Assembly (NCBI GenBank): GCA_037379345.1
Contig: CM074517.1
Span: 47,166,577-47,230,576 of the forward strand
Length of the DNA: 64,000 nucleotides
Reading direction: 5' to 3'
Source of the DNA: Perna viridis
Taxonomy: Eukaryota
The position numbers and the translations under genes are program-made. The stretch's first letter is position 1, and every line of letters starts with the position of its first letter. This document shows positions 38,038 through 53,000 of this stretch, in pieces. The notes under the pieces were generated by a model. It was not told the origin of the DNA. It made no database searches and worked only from the letters and a program-made list of their open reading frames with translations.

Positions 38038-41000
38038 TTACGCTCTTCGAATTTCATCCTGCAAATGCATTTCCCACAGTGACATATCTGGTTCCTTGTT
38101 GTAACCTATAAATTAATTTTACAAAATATAAACATAACTATTTATTACACTGATATTGTATTTAAATGGAAGTAAAAAAAACAATTTTGTTCAAAGCTTG
38201 TTATCAGTTATTATAACCTGTGCTAGTTTGTTATCGCTACATTCAGTGTAAAGCCTTATACATGTATCATATAACACATTTCAGTATCGAATTTGATTTT
38301 AATATTGGTTTGTCTAGATCTTCCAAACATTTTTTTTTGGTTTTTGGTTGTACTATCATCTACTAACTGCCCTAAAAATCATTGTCAAAATACTTATCAT
38401 GTTATCATTTTGCTTGAAGATGGGGTACTCCTTGCAACACGTGTACAACACATCGAAATTTGTAGTATATATGATTAGTATGTTAGTATTTTCGAAGTGT
38501 TATCTATATCTAATTAAGGAGAAGGGCGATAAAGGGTCTTACTGGCCTTAAATACAACAGAATATTAAATGTAAAGTGTTGAATGATCTAATTTGTGAAT
38601 TTGGAGACTTGAATCTATTACAAATGAGAAAAAATAAAAACTTTTTTATAATTCTTGTATTGATAGGCCTGAACAATTGCTTGTAGCTTACCAGTATTCC
38701 GATATTATGTTAAATTTTGCACTTTTTGGTCACTTTCTTGTTATATTTTTTGCAAGGAAAAGGTTCCATACTAGGAAACAAGTTCATATTCAATGAATAC
38801 ATTTATTATTACACAGTTTATCATATGTGAAAGTATGAAGTTGTTTCTTTGGTGTGGACATAGTTTACTGGATGTAAAATGTTAACAAAAATAAAATTCA
38901 AAATTCTCAGCGGTTTTTGTTGAATGACGAAACATTGTAGCAGCATTATGACATCATTACAATGAACTAATACCATAAGATTTCATTTTCCTTATATTTT
39001 TATATTTTACTATGTTAAAAACACCTTTCATGTTATCACCACAAAGTTGATATTTTGGGCAATATTCCTTCCTTAATAACCCTACAACTTTAAACCACGA
39101 AGAAAAAGAAGCGGTGATAAAGATTCCATATACTAACCGAAGGTCGGTTCCGGACCTCCTTCTTCTTCTATTCCGAAAGGGGCTGCAGGGTTTCGTAGAT
39201 AGTCGGGAACAAGTCTGGGTAGGAAAACTCCAGCAAAAGGGTTGATGTCTGAGGACCTGCAAATTCCAAATAATTTAATAAAGATAAAAAATATAATTCT
39301 GATAAGTCTGATTCAAATACATCAGCCTTATTAAGGAATATTTGTCTACTTTCATTTTTGAGCTGAACTTTCACTCATCACAGGGCTAAATCAGCAAAAA
39401 AAAGAAAATGTTTGTCACTACAAGTCACACAAAAACTCCCTTTTCCTTTGGTAAACAACTTTTCACATATACAGAATATAATAAATAAATAAATAAAATT
39501 GTAGTTGCACGATCGTATTATAAAATCACTAACGATTATTAACTTAAATTATATTTAATGAACATACGTATCAAAACTGTAGTCATCTTTTTCTATGTCA
39601 AATTTCTTTCGTCTGCAACACAGTAACCAACAGCAACAGCCAACCAGAGCAGCCAAAAGTAACCCTCCAGCAACAGCTGATGGTATAACTATTTTAAGTA
39701 GATCATCATTAGACGGCGAAGTATTGGTTACGTCTTGCGTTTGACAAACATCGCCTGTATATGGTGACACACACCTGAAATTAGATAACAATTGTAAGCA
39801 GATTTAAAAAAAAAAAAAAAGCAAAGACAACAAAACAGTTGAGATGCCTTAGATATTAAAGTTTTTTGTAAGAATCAGGCAAATTTGGAAAAAAAATCAG
39901 AAAGAAGCATGTCAAAACTCCAATGATATGACTTGATAATCTCACTCAAGTACGCTTTCTTTATTCTAAAATACCATTATTTGACCTTATTTGATCATTA
40001 TTTCATCAGTGATTCGGCTGTGAATGTTAGAAAAATACGGTTTTTGATAGAGTTATCTGCCCTTGAAATGTTCATTTTCAGTGGATTTCAATGAAATTAC
40101 AACTGAATCTACCAAAACAATTTGAATCACCTTGTCTTTTGCCCTAAATTCTAATGGCGCTAATAGTCAAATTAAACTTTCAAAATCATGGTGATTTTTC
40201 ATACTCGTTTCACCCACTGCCTGATTCTTTCAGAGAGAGACACTTAAAGTGCTTCTTTTCGTGGTACATCTTGACATTGTATTTTTGTCTAGAGAATATC
40301 TAATGTCTTCAATTGTAATCCGTATGTCATACAGAGATTGATGTCTTCCATCTTATGCAGATCTGAAACTGTTTAGTAAGGGCTTTTTTAACTCACTAAC
40401 AATATATTTGCAGTAAAACGAGTAATATGTGTCGTTATGTTAAAGGTCTTAATATTTTCTTGCAATGAGAGCAACAAAGCCATCACAACAAAATAATTTA
40501 TGTGAAAGGTATGTACCTGCACTGAGGGTTACCATCTGTGTTTACGAAACAAACACCCCCATTTTGGCATGTTCTTTGGTAATCATACATGAAACAAGCA
40601 TCATCTATTGGAACTGTAAATACATATGAAAATAATATGATGGATGTTTTGTTATAGCATGCAAATAATAGTAACAATAAATTTAATGAACGCTAATCCA
40701 ATCCATAATCAAGTAAATCCAAAATAAATTTTACAAAAAGATATTACATCACCAGAGTAGCTTGTTCCGCATTATTATTCTTATACGTCAACGCTTTGAA
40801 TCTAAACTTTCTTATTTTGATGAAATTCCACACATAATATTCAACATTACACCTACACTACTCCAATTATACTGGAAGTTATAGCAATCAAGTATGTATA
40901 ACTAACATTATATCCTTGCAGAGTTGAATGTCAAATTACATTGTGTTGACCAAATTAAACTGAATTCCTTAAATCTAAAAAACACTTAGTTTACTCGGTA

Positions 41001-44000
41001 TATTAAAATTTCCTGTCATAATTGATAAATTCTGCAATATCGATGAACTAAATTGTACATTTTCTGCCATACTGTATTTTTATAATACAAATTTAATGTG
41101 AAAGTATTATTTGTTTTTATGGAATTGAATGGTAAAATTACTACAAATATCTGTAAAAAACCACTTAAATGTATATTTACCTTCATTGTTATCTGCTATC
41201 TCTATTTTAGGTGCATCAGAAACATGGTTGACAGTGCCACCTATTGGAAATCCGCCATTGTTTGTAATTGATGTCAGCAATGTTCGTCCGTAGTCTCCTT
41301 TTACTGATTCGTCAACTGTACCATTAATGCACACATCATATTTAACTGATACTACATTTCCAAAAACGCTAAAAACGAATATAATTGAATATCAGTAATT
41401 AATGTTGTTTGGATTAATCAAAAGAACCATGCACAAAATATAAACTGTAAACTTTATAATATTAATATGCAGGAGAACCCGTTCGTTTTTACAAACACAC
41501 ATAATTACAAGATCAAGATATATACGTAGGAATCTATATTTGAACCGTCTTTATTTGATGATAATAGAAAAAAATATTTGTGTAACCAATTTTGTCCTAT
41601 ACCAACGAAGTGTTAGAGAATTATAACGGTGTACATAACAAGGATCCATTTAGGAAATTATGTCTTATATTCTTAAAACGAACTTCATATACGATGGATT
41701 TAATACATGCAATTATATTATTTCAGCTTAAAACCGCAAAATTAAAGTAAAGATATTGAAAAGGAGTACAAGTTCATTTTTCAACAAAATTTAGTTTTTG
41801 TAAATCATGTACTATTATAACACTGTACGGGTCTATTCTTTGAAACCAACACAAATTCCGGATAGTAAATTACATACTAACCTTATGTTACGTATAACTA
41901 TCCCCGAATAACCAGTTGCGTTCTTAAATATGTCTTCTAGCTGTAAAATCAATCAAGTTATGGTCAAAAGATATTTATTCTATCATCACTTTAATTTATA
42001 AAAGTAGAGGATGTTATCTAAATCATTGAATCGTTTTTTTCTGCCCTTCTACAATTGTAATAATAAACGTCTGTGCGATGCAGATCTATATTATGAGTTC
42101 TGCTATATATTTTCTTTGTATTTTGCGTTGTATGTGTCTTTTATTCCTAAATCCTTTAAAATAGATTACAATATTTTGGATTCTCCGAATTTTGTTTAAA
42201 TCATAAACTTTATTGACAAAATATCGAAATTTTACTGAAGAACAAAATGAAGTATAATTTTTGCAAATGTAATGTCAATATAAACAAAACAATAGTTACT
42301 TATGCTAAAAATTTATATTCTATATGAACTCACCGAAGCCATTAAATTTATGTATTTGGTACTGTTTTTGCGCAAATAGTCGCCAACATCGGATGTGTTG
42401 TCAACAAATGACATCAAAAAGACGACAGAAGAAGCACAGGTAGGAACAGACGTGGAAGTAGTTCCTTCATCTACAGGATTAGTTGCTGTTGCAGTAATAA
42501 TCTCAATAGACGAATCCGTAGGTGACAATTTATAAGTGGTACCTGAGACTGGAGTGGTAGATGTTTGGTCTACTGCACTCGTTGTTACTTTCGTTACAGT
42601 TGATGTTTTGTCAGATGTAGTTGTCATGGTAACCGTGTTTCTTTGCGTTTGGGTACTTTGTGTAGTTGCATTTGCTGTAATGATTGATGTAACGACTGAA
42701 GTCTGATCTGATGAACTGGTAGCTCCTGCATTTGTACTTTGCTCTATTGTACTTGTTGCTGCTACTGTTGCAGTTGATGTGATATCTGCAGTAGTGGTTA
42801 TGGTTTCCGTACCTGTTTGTGTTTGGATGTTTTGTGTTGTTGTGGTTTGATCAGGTGAGGTCGTTGATGTAAGAACTGAAGTTTGATCTGTTGGAGTTGA
42901 AGCTTCTGCAGTGGTTGCTTGGTCTACTGTACTTGAGGTTGCTGGTGTACTGGTTGTTTGGCCTGCTGTTACAGTTGCAGTGGAAGTGGGGGTTTCATCT
43001 TTTGAACCTGAGACAGTTGTAACGGTTGTTTGATCAAGAGTGCTTGTTGATGAAGCAGTAGATTGTTGGTCAGTTGTAGTTTTTGATGATGCAGTTGTTG
43101 TCTGATCTGCTGTACTTGTTGTTTGTGTAATTGGTGTTTGACCATCAGTACCAGTGGCTGTAGCAGTAGCTGTTTGACTTGGTGTACCTGTGACGTCTGT
43201 TACTGTTGTTTGATGTTGTGAACTTGTGGTGGTCATTTTATCTACTGAACTTGTTGCTCTTACTGTGGCAGTTGATGTTTTGTCTGCAGTAGTAGTCATG
43301 GTTACCGTATTTGTTTGAGGTTGCGTACTTTGTGTAGTTGCTTCTGCTGTACTGGTTGATGTAACGACTGAAGTCTGATCTGATGAAGTGGTAGCTCCTA
43401 CATTTGTAGTTTGATCAATTGTACTTGTTGCTGCTACTGTTGCAGTTGATGTGATATCTGCAGTAGTGGTTATGGTTTCCGTAGCTGTTTGTGTTTGGAT
43501 GTTTTGTGTTGTTGTAGTTTGATCTGGTGAGGTCGTTGATGTAAGAACTGAAGTTTGATCTGTTGGAGTTGAAGCTTCTGCAGTGGTTGTTTGGTCTACT
43601 GTACTTGAGGTTGCCGATGTACTGGTTGTTTGGCCTGCTGTTACAGTTGCAGTGGAAATTGCGGTTTTATCTTCTGTATTTCTGACAGTTGTAATGGTTG
43701 TTTGATCAGGAGTGCTTTTTGATGAAGTCGTAGGTTGTTGGTCAGTTGTAGTTTTTGATGATGCAGTTGTTGTCTGATCTGCTGTACTTGTTGTTTGTGT
43801 AATTGTTGTTTGACCATCAGTATCAGTGGCTGCAGCAGTAGCTGCTTGACTTGGTGTACCTGTGACGTCTGTTACTGTTGTTTGATCTGGGGAACTTGTG
43901 GTGGTCATTTTATCTACTGAACTTGTTGCTCGAACTGTAGCAGTTGATGTTTTGACTGCAGTAGTAGTCATGGTTACCATATTTGTTTGAGGTTGCGTAC

Positions 44001-47000
44001 TTTGTGTAGTTGCATCTGCTGTACTGGTTGATGTAACGACTGAAATATGATCTGATGAACTGGTAGCTCCTACATTTGTAGTTTGATCAATTGTACTTGT
44101 TGCTACTATTGTTGCAGTTGATGTGATATCTGCAGTAGTGGTTATGGTTTCCGTAGCTGTTTGTGTTTGGATGTTTTGTGTTGTTGTGGTTTGATCTGGT
44201 GAGGTCGTTGATGTAAGAACTGAAGTTTGATCTGTTGGAGTTGAAGCTTCTGCAGTGGTTGTTTGGTCTACTGTACTTGAGGTTGCCGGTGTACTGGTTG
44301 TTTGGCCTGCTGTTACAGTTGCAGTGGAAATAATGGTGGTTTTATCTTCTGAACTTGTGACAATTGTAACGGTTGTTTGATCAGGAGTGCTTGTTGATGA
44401 AGCAGTAGATTGTTGGTCAGTTGTAGTTTTTGATGATGCAGTTGTTGTCCGATCTGCTATACTTATTGTTTGTGTATTTGTTGTTTGACCATCAGTACCA
44501 GTGGCTGTAGCAGTAGCTGTTTGACTTGGTGTACCTGTGACGTCTGTTACTGTTGTTTGATGTTGTGAACTTGTGGTGGTCATTTTATCTACTGAACTTG
44601 TTGCTCCTACTGTGGCAGTTGATGTTTTGTCTGCAGTAGTAGTCATAGTTACCGTATTTGTTTGAGGTTGCGTACTTTGTGTAGTTGCTTCTGCTGTACT
44701 GGTTGAGGTAACGACTGAAGTCTGATCTGATGAAGTGGTAGCTCCTACATTTGTAGTTTGATCAATTGTACTTGTTGCTGCTACTGTTGCAGTTGATGTG
44801 ATATTTGCAGTAGTGGTTATGGTTTCCGTAGCTGTTTGTGTTTGGATGTTTTGTGTTGTTGTAGTTTGATCTGGTGAGGTCGTTGATGTAAGAACTGAAG
44901 TTTGATCTGTTGGAGTTGAAGCTTCTGCAGTGGTTGTTTGGTCTACTGTACTTGAGGTTGCCGATGTACTGGTTGTTTGGCCTGCTGTTTCAGTTGCAGT
45001 GGAAGTGGGTGTTTTATCTTCTGAACTTGTGACAGTTGTAACGGTTGTTTGATCAGGAGTGCTTGTTGATGAAGCAGTAGATTGTTGGTCAGTTGTAGTT
45101 ATTGATGATGCAGTTGTTGTCTGATCTGCTGTACTTGTTGTTTGTGTAATTGTTGTTTGACCATCAGTACCAGTGGCTGTAGCAGTAGCTGTTTGACTTG
45201 GTGTACCTGTGACGTCTGTTACTGTTGCTTGATCTGGTGAACTTGTGGTGGTCATTTTATCTACTGAACTTGTTGTTCCTACTGTTGCATTTAATGTTTT
45301 GTCTGCAGTAGTAGTCATGGTTACCGTATTTGTTTGAGGTTGGGTACTTTGTGTAGTTCCTTCTGCTGTACTGGTTGATGTAACGACTGAAGTCTGATCT
45401 GATGAAGTGGTAGCTCCTACATTTGTAGTTTGATCAATTGTACTTGTTGCTGCTACTGTTGCAGTTGATGTGATATTTGCAGTAGTGGTTATGGTTTCCG
45501 TAGCTGTTTGTGTTTGGATGTGTTGTGTTGTTGTGGTTTGATCTGGTGAGGTCGTTGATGTAAGAACTGAAGTTTGATCTGTTGGAGTTGAAGCTTCTGC
45601 AGTGGTTGTTTGGTCTACTGTACTTGAGGTTGCCGGTGTACTGGTTGTTTGGCCTGCTGTTTCAGTTGCAGTGGAAGTGGGGGTTTTATCTTCTGAACTT
45701 GCGACAGTTGTAACGGTTGTTTGATCAGGAGTGCTTGTTGATGAAGCAGTAGATTGTTGGTCAGTTGTAGTTATTGATGATTCAGTTGTTGTCTGATCTG
45801 CTGTACTTGTTGTTTGTGTAATTGTTGTTTGACCATCAGTACCAGTGGCTGTAGCAGTAGCTGTTTGACTTGGTGTACCTGTGACGTCTGTTACTGTTGT
45901 TTGATCTGGTGATCTTGTGGTGGTCATTTTATCTACTGAACTTGTTGCTCCTACTGTGGCAGTTGATGTTTTGTCTGCAGTAGTAGTCATGGTTACCGTA
46001 TTTGTTTGAGGTTGGGTACTTTGTGTAGTTGTTTCTGCTGTACTGGCTGATGTAACGACTGAAGTCTGATCTGATGAAGTGGTAGCTCCTACATTTGTAG
46101 TTTGATCAATTGTACTTGTTGCTGCTACTGTTGCAGTTGATGTGATATTTGCAGTAGCGGTTATGGTTTCCGTAGCTGTTTGTGTTTGGATGTTTTGTGT
46201 TGTTGTGGTTTGATCTGGTGAGGTCGTTGATGTAAGAACAGAAGTTTGATCTGTTGGAGTTGAAGCTTCAGCAGTGGTTGTTTGGTCTACTGTACTTGAA
46301 GTTGCCGGTGTACTGGTTGTTTGGCCTGCTGTTTCAGTTGCAGTGGAAGTGGGGGTTTTATCTTCTGAACTTGTGACAGATGTAACGGATGCTTGATCAG
46401 GAGTGCTTGTTGATGAAGCAGTAGATTGTTGGTCAGTTGTAGTTATTGATGATGCAGTTGTTGTCTGATCTGCTGTACTTGTTGTTTGTGTAATTGTTGT
46501 TTGACCATCAGTACCAGTGGCTGTAGCAGTAGCTGTTTGACTTGGTGTACCTGTGACGTCTGTTACTGTTGTTTGATCTTGTGAACTTGTGGTGGTCATT
46601 TTATCTACTGAACTTGTTGCTCCTACTGTGGCAGTTGATGTTTTGTCTGCAGTAGTAGTCATGGTTACCGTATTTGTTTGAGGTTGGGTACTTTGTGTAG
46701 TTGTTTCTGCTGTACTGGTTGATGTAACGACTGAAGTCTGATCTGATGAAGTGGTAGCTCCTACATTTGTAGTTTGATCAATTGTACTTGTTGCTGCTAC
46801 TGTTGCAGTTGATGTGATATCTGCAGTAGTGGTTATGGTTTCCGTAGCTGTTTGTGTTTGGATGTTTTGTGTTGTTGTGGTTTGATCTGGTGAGGTCGTT
46901 GATGTAAGAACTGAAGTTTGATCTGTTGGAGTTGAAGCTTCTGCAGTGGTTGTTTGGTCTACTGTACTTGAGGTTGCCGGTGTACTGGTTGTTTGGCCTG

Positions 47001-50000
47001 CTGTTTCTGTTGCAGTGGAAGTGGTGGTTTTATCTTCAGAACTTGTGACAGTTGTAACGGTTGTTTGAGCAGGAGTGCTTGTTGATGAAGCAGTAGATTG
47101 TTGGTCAGTTGTAGTTATTGATGATGCAGTTGTTGTCTGATCTGCTGTACTTGTTGTTTGTGTAATTGTTGTTTGACCATCAGTACCAGTGGCTGTAGCA
47201 GTAGCTGTTTGACTTGGTGTACCTGTGACGTCTGTTACTGTTGTTTGATGTTGTGAACTTGTGGTGGTCATTTTATCTACTGAACTTGTTGCTCCTACTG
47301 TGGCAGTTGATGTTTTGTCTGCAGTAGTAGTCATGGTTACCGTATTTGTTTGAGGTTGGGTACTTTGTGTAGTTGCTTCTGCTGTACTGGTTGATGTAAC
47401 GACTGAAGTCTGATCTGATGAAGTGGTAGCTCCTACATTTGTAGTTTGATCAATTGTACTTGTTGCTGCTACTGTTGCAGTTGATGTGATATCTGCAGTA
47501 GTGGTTATGGTTTCCGTAGCTGTTTGTGTTTGGATGTTTTGTGTTGTTGTGGTTTGATCTGGTGAGGTCGTTGATGTAAGAACTGAAGTTTGATCTGTTG
47601 GAGTTGAAGCTTCAGCAGTGGTTGTTTGGTCTACTGTACTTGAGGTTGCTGGTGTACTGGTTGTTTGGCCTGCTGTTTCAGTTGCAGTGGAAGTGGGGGT
47701 TTTATCTTCTGAACTTGTGACAGTTGTAACGGTTGTTTGATCAGGAGTGCTTGTTGATGAAGCAGTAGATTGTTGGTCAGTTGTAGTTATTGATGATGCA
47801 GTTGTTGTCTGATCTGCTGTACTTGTTGTTTGTGTAATTGTTGTTTGACCATCAGTACCAGTGGCTGTAGCAGTAGCTGTTTGACTTGGTGTACCTGTGA
47901 CGTCTGTTACTGTTGTTTGATCTAGTGAACTTGTGGTGGTCATTTTATCTACTGAACTTGTTGTTCCTACTGTGGCAGTTGATGTTTTGTCTGCAGTAGT
48001 AGTCATGGTTACCGTATTTGTTTGAGGTTGGGTACTTTGTGTAGTTGTTTCTGCTGTACTGGTTGATGTAACGACTGAAGTCTGATCTGATGAAGTGGTA
48101 GCTCCTACATTTGTAGTTTGATCAATTGTACTTGTTGCTGCTACTGTTGCAGTTGATGTGATATTTGCAGTAGCGGTTATGGTTTCCGTAGCTGTTTGTG
48201 TTTGGATGTTTTGTGTTGTTGTGGTTTGATCTGGTGAGGTCGTTGATGTAAGAACAGAAGTTTGATCTGTTGGAGTTGAAGCTTCAGCAGTGGTTGTTTG
48301 GTCTACTGTACTTGAAGTTGCCGGTGTACTGGTTGTTTGGCCTGCTGTTTCAGTTGCAGTGGAAGTGGGTGTTTTATCTTCTGAACTTGTGACAGTTGTA
48401 ACGGTTGTTTGATCAGGAGTGCTTGTTGATGAAGCAGTAGATTGTTGGTCAGTTGTAGTTATTGATGATGCAGTTGTTGTCTGATCTGCTGTACTTGTTG
48501 TTTGTGTAATTGTCGTTTGACCATCAGTACCAGTGGCTGTAGCAGTAGCTGTTTGACTTGGTGTACCTGTGACGTCTGTTACTGTTGTTTGATCTTGTGA
48601 ACTTGTGGTGGTCATTTTATCTACTGAACTTGTTGCTCCTACTGTGGCAGTTGATGTTTTGTCTGCAGTAGTAGTCATGGTTACCGTATTTGTTTGAGGT
48701 TGGGTACTTTGTGTAGTTGTTTCTGCTGTACTGGTTGATGTAACGACTGAAGTCTGATCTGATGAAGTGGTAGCTCCTACATTTGTAGTTTGATCAATTG
48801 TACTTGTTGCTGCTACTGTTGCAGTTGATGTGATATTTGCAGTAGTGGTGATGGTTTCCGTAGCTGTTTGTGTTTGGATGTTTTGTGTTGTTGTGGTTTG
48901 ATCTGGTGAGGTCGTTGATGTAAGAACTGAAGTTTGATCTGTTGGAGTTGAAGCTTCTGCAGTGGTTGTTTGGTCTACTGTACTTGAGGTTGCCGGTGTA
49001 CTGGTTGTTTGGCCTCCTGTTTCAGTTGCAGTGGAAGTGGTGGTTTTATCTTCGGAACTTGTGACAGATGTAACGGTTGTTTGATCAGGAGTGCTTGTTG
49101 ATGAAGCAGTAGATTGTTGGTCAGTTGTAGTTTTTGATGATGCAGTTGTTGTCTGATCTGCTGTACTTGTTGTTTGTGTAATTGTTGTTTGACCATCAGT
49201 ACCAGTGGCTGTAGCAGTAGCTGTTTGACTTGGTGTACCTGTGACGTCTGTTACTGTTGTTTGATGTTGTGAACTTGTGGTGGTCATTTTATCTACTGAA
49301 CTTGTTGCTCCTACTGTGGCAGTTGATGTTTTGTCTGCAGTAGTAGTCATGGTTACCGTATTTGTTTGAGGTTGGGTACTTTGTGTAGTTGTTTCTGCTG
49401 TACTGGTTGATGTAACGACTGAAGTCTGATCTGATGAAGTGGTAGCTCCTACATTTGTAGTATGATCAATTGTACTTGTTGCTGCTACTGTTGCAGTTGA
49501 TGTGATATCTGCAGTAGTGGTTATGGTTTCCGTAGCTGTTTGTGTTTGGATGTTTTGTGTTGTTGTGGTTTGATCTGGTGAGGTCGTTGATGTAAGAACT
49601 GAAGTTTGATCTTTTGGAGTTGAAGCTTCAGCAGTGGTTGTTCGGTCTACTGTACTTGAGGTTGCCGGTGTACTGGTTGTTTGGCCTGCTGTTTCAGTTG
49701 CAGTGGAAGTGGGGGTTTTATCTTCGGAACTTGTGACAGATGTAACGGTTGTTTGAGCAGGAGTGCTTGTTGATGAAGCAGTAGATTGTTGGTCAGTTGT
49801 AGTTTTTGATGATGCAGTTGTTGTCTGATCTGCTGTACTTGTTGTTTGTGTAATTGTTGTTTGACCATCAGTACCAGTGGCTGTAGCAGTAGCTGTTTGA
49901 CTTGGTGTACCTGTGACGTCTGTTACTGTTGTTTGATCTGGTGAACTTGTGGTGGTCATTTTATCTACTGAACTTGTTGCTCCTACTGTGGCAGTTGATG

Positions 50001-53000
50001 TTTTGTCTGCAGTAGTAGTCATGGTTACCGTATTTGTTTGAGGTTGGGTACTTTGTGTATTTGTTTCTGCTGTACTGGTTGATGTAACGACTGAAGTCTG
50101 ATCTGATGAAGTGGTAGCTCCTACATTTGTAGTTTGATCAATTGTACTTGTTGCTGCTACTGTTGCAGTTGATGTGATATCTGCAGTAGTGGTTATGGTT
50201 TCCGTAGCTGTTTGTGTTTGGATGTTTTGTGTTGTTGTGGTTTGATCTGGTGAGGTCGTTGATGTAAGAACTGAAGTTTGATCTGTTGGAGTTGAAGCTT
50301 CAGCAGTGGTTGTTTGGTCTACTGTACTTGAGGTTGCCGGTGTACTGGTTGTTTGGCCTGCTGTTTCAGTTGCAGTGGAAGTGGTGGTTTTATCTTCTGA
50401 ACTTGTGACAGTTGTAACGGTTGTTTGATCAGGAGTGCTTGTTGATGAAGCAGTAGATTGTTGGTCAGTTGTAGTTATTGATGATGCAGTTGTTGTCTGA
50501 TCTGCTGTACTTGTTGTTTGTGTAATTGTTGTTTGACCATCAGTACCAGTGGCTGTAGCAGTAGCTGTTTGACTTGGTGTACCTGTGACGTCTGTTACTG
50601 TTGTTTGATCTTGTGAACTTGTGGTGGTCATTTTATCTACTGAACTTGTTGTTCCTACTGTGGCAGTTGATGTTTTGTCTGCAGTAGTAGTCATGGTTAC
50701 CGTATTTGTTTGAGGTTGGGTACTTTGTGTAGTTGTTTCTGCTGTACTGGTTGATGTAACGACTGAAGTCTGATCTGATGAAGTGGTAGCTCCTACATTT
50801 GTAGTTTGATCAATTGTACTTGTTGCTGCTACTGTTGCAGTTGATGTGATATCTGCAGTAGTGGTTATGGTTTCCGTAGCTGTTTGTGTTTGGATGTTTT
50901 GTGTTGTTGTGGTTTGATCTGGTGAGGTCGTTGATGTAAGAACTGAAGTTTGATCTGTTGGAGTTGAAGCTTCAGCAGTGGTTGTTTGGTCTACTGTACT
51001 TGAGGTTGCCGGTGTACTGGTTGTTTGGCCTGCTGTTTCAGTTGCAGTGGAAGTGGTGGTTTTATCTTCTGAACTTGTGACAGTTGTAACGGTTGTTTGA
51101 TCAGGAGTGCTTGTTGATGAAGCAGTAGATTGTTGGTCAGTTGTAGTTATTGACGATGCAGTTGTTGTCTGATCTGCTGTACTTGTTGTTTGTGTAATTG
51201 TTGTTTGACCATCAGTACCAGTGGCTGTAGCAGTAGCTGTTTGACTTGGTGTACCTGTGACGTCTGTTACTGTTGTTTGATCTGGTGAACTTGTGGTGGT
51301 CATTTTATCTACTGAACTTGTTGCTCCTACTGTGGCAGTTGATGTTTTGTCTGCAGTAGTAGTCATGGTTACCGTATTTGTTTGAGGTTGGGTACTTTGT
51401 GTAGTTGTTTCTGCTGTACTGGTTGATGTAACGACTGAAGTCTGATCTGATGAAGTGGTAGCTCCTACATTTGTAGTTTGATCAATTGTACTTGTTGCTG
51501 CTACTGTTGCAGTTGATGTGATATCTGCAGTAGTGGTTATGGTTTCCGTAGCTGTTTGTGTTTGGATGTTTTGTGTTGTTGTGGTTTGATCTGGTGAGGT
51601 CGTTGATGTAAGAACTGAAGTTTGATCTGTTGGAGTTGAAGCTTCAGCAGTGGTTGTTTGGTCTACTGTACTTGAGGTTGCCGGTGTACTGGTTGTTTGG
51701 CCTGCTGTTTCAGTTGCAGTGGAAGTGGTGGTTTTATCTTCTGAACTTGTGACAGTTGTAACGGTTGTTTGATCAGGAGTGCTTGTTGATGAAGCAGTAG
51801 ATTGTTGGTCAGTTGTAGTTATTGATGATGCAGTTGTTGTCTGATCTGCTGTACTTGTTGTTTGTGTAATTGTTGTTTGACCATCAGTACCAGTGGCTGT
51901 AGCAGTAGCTGTTTGACTTGGTGTACCTCTGACGTCTGTTACTGTTGTTTGATCTGGTGAACTTGTGGTGGTCATTTTATCTACTGAACTTGTTGCTCCT
52001 ACTGTGGCAGTTGATGTTTTGTCTGCAGTAGTAGTCATGGTTACCGTATTTGTTTGAGGTTGGGTACTTTGTGTAGTTGTTTCTGCTGTACTGGTTGATG
52101 TAACGACTGAAGTCTGATCTGATGAAGTGGTAGCTCCTACATTTGTAGTTTGATCAATTGTACTTGTTGCTGCTACTGTTGCAGTTGATGTGATATCTGC
52201 AGTAGTGGTTATGGTTTCCGTAGCTGTTTGTGTTTGGATGTTTTGTGTTGTTGTGGTTTGATCTGGTGAGGTCGTTGATGTAAGAACTGAAGTTTGATCT
52301 GTTGGAGTTGAAGCTTCAGCAGTGGTTGTTTGGTCTACTGTACTTGAGGTTGCCGGTGTACTGGTTGTTTGGCCTGCTGTTTCAGTTGCAGTGGAAGTGG
52401 TGGTTTTATCTTCTGAACTTGTGACAGTTGTAACGGTTGTTTGATCAGGAGTGCTTGTTGATGAAGCAGTAGATTGTTGGTCAGTTGTAGTTATTGATGA
52501 TGCAGTTGTTGTCTGATCTGCTGTACTTGTTGTTTGTGTAATTGTTGTTTGACCATCAGTACCAGTGGCTGTAGCAGTAGCTGTTTGACTTGGTGTACCT
52601 GTGACGTCTGTTACTGTTGTTTGATCTGGTGAACTTGTGGTGGTCATTTTATCTACTGAACTTGTTGCTCCTACTGTGGCAGTTGATGTTTTGTCTGCAG
52701 TAGTAGTCATGGTTACCGTATTTGTTTGAGGTTGGGTACTTTGTGTAGTTGTTTCTGCTGTACTGGTTGATGTAACGACTGAAGTCTGATCTGATGAAGT
52801 GGTAGCTCCTACATTTGTAGTTTGATCAATTGTACTTGTTGCTGCTACTGTTGCAGTTGATGTGATATCTGCAGTAGTTGTTATGGTTTCCGTAGCTGTT
52901 TGTGTTTGGATGTTTTGTGTTGTTGTGGTTTGATCTGGTGAGGTCGTTGATGTAAGAACTGAAGTTTGATCTTTTGGAGTTGAAGCTTCAGCAGTGGTTG

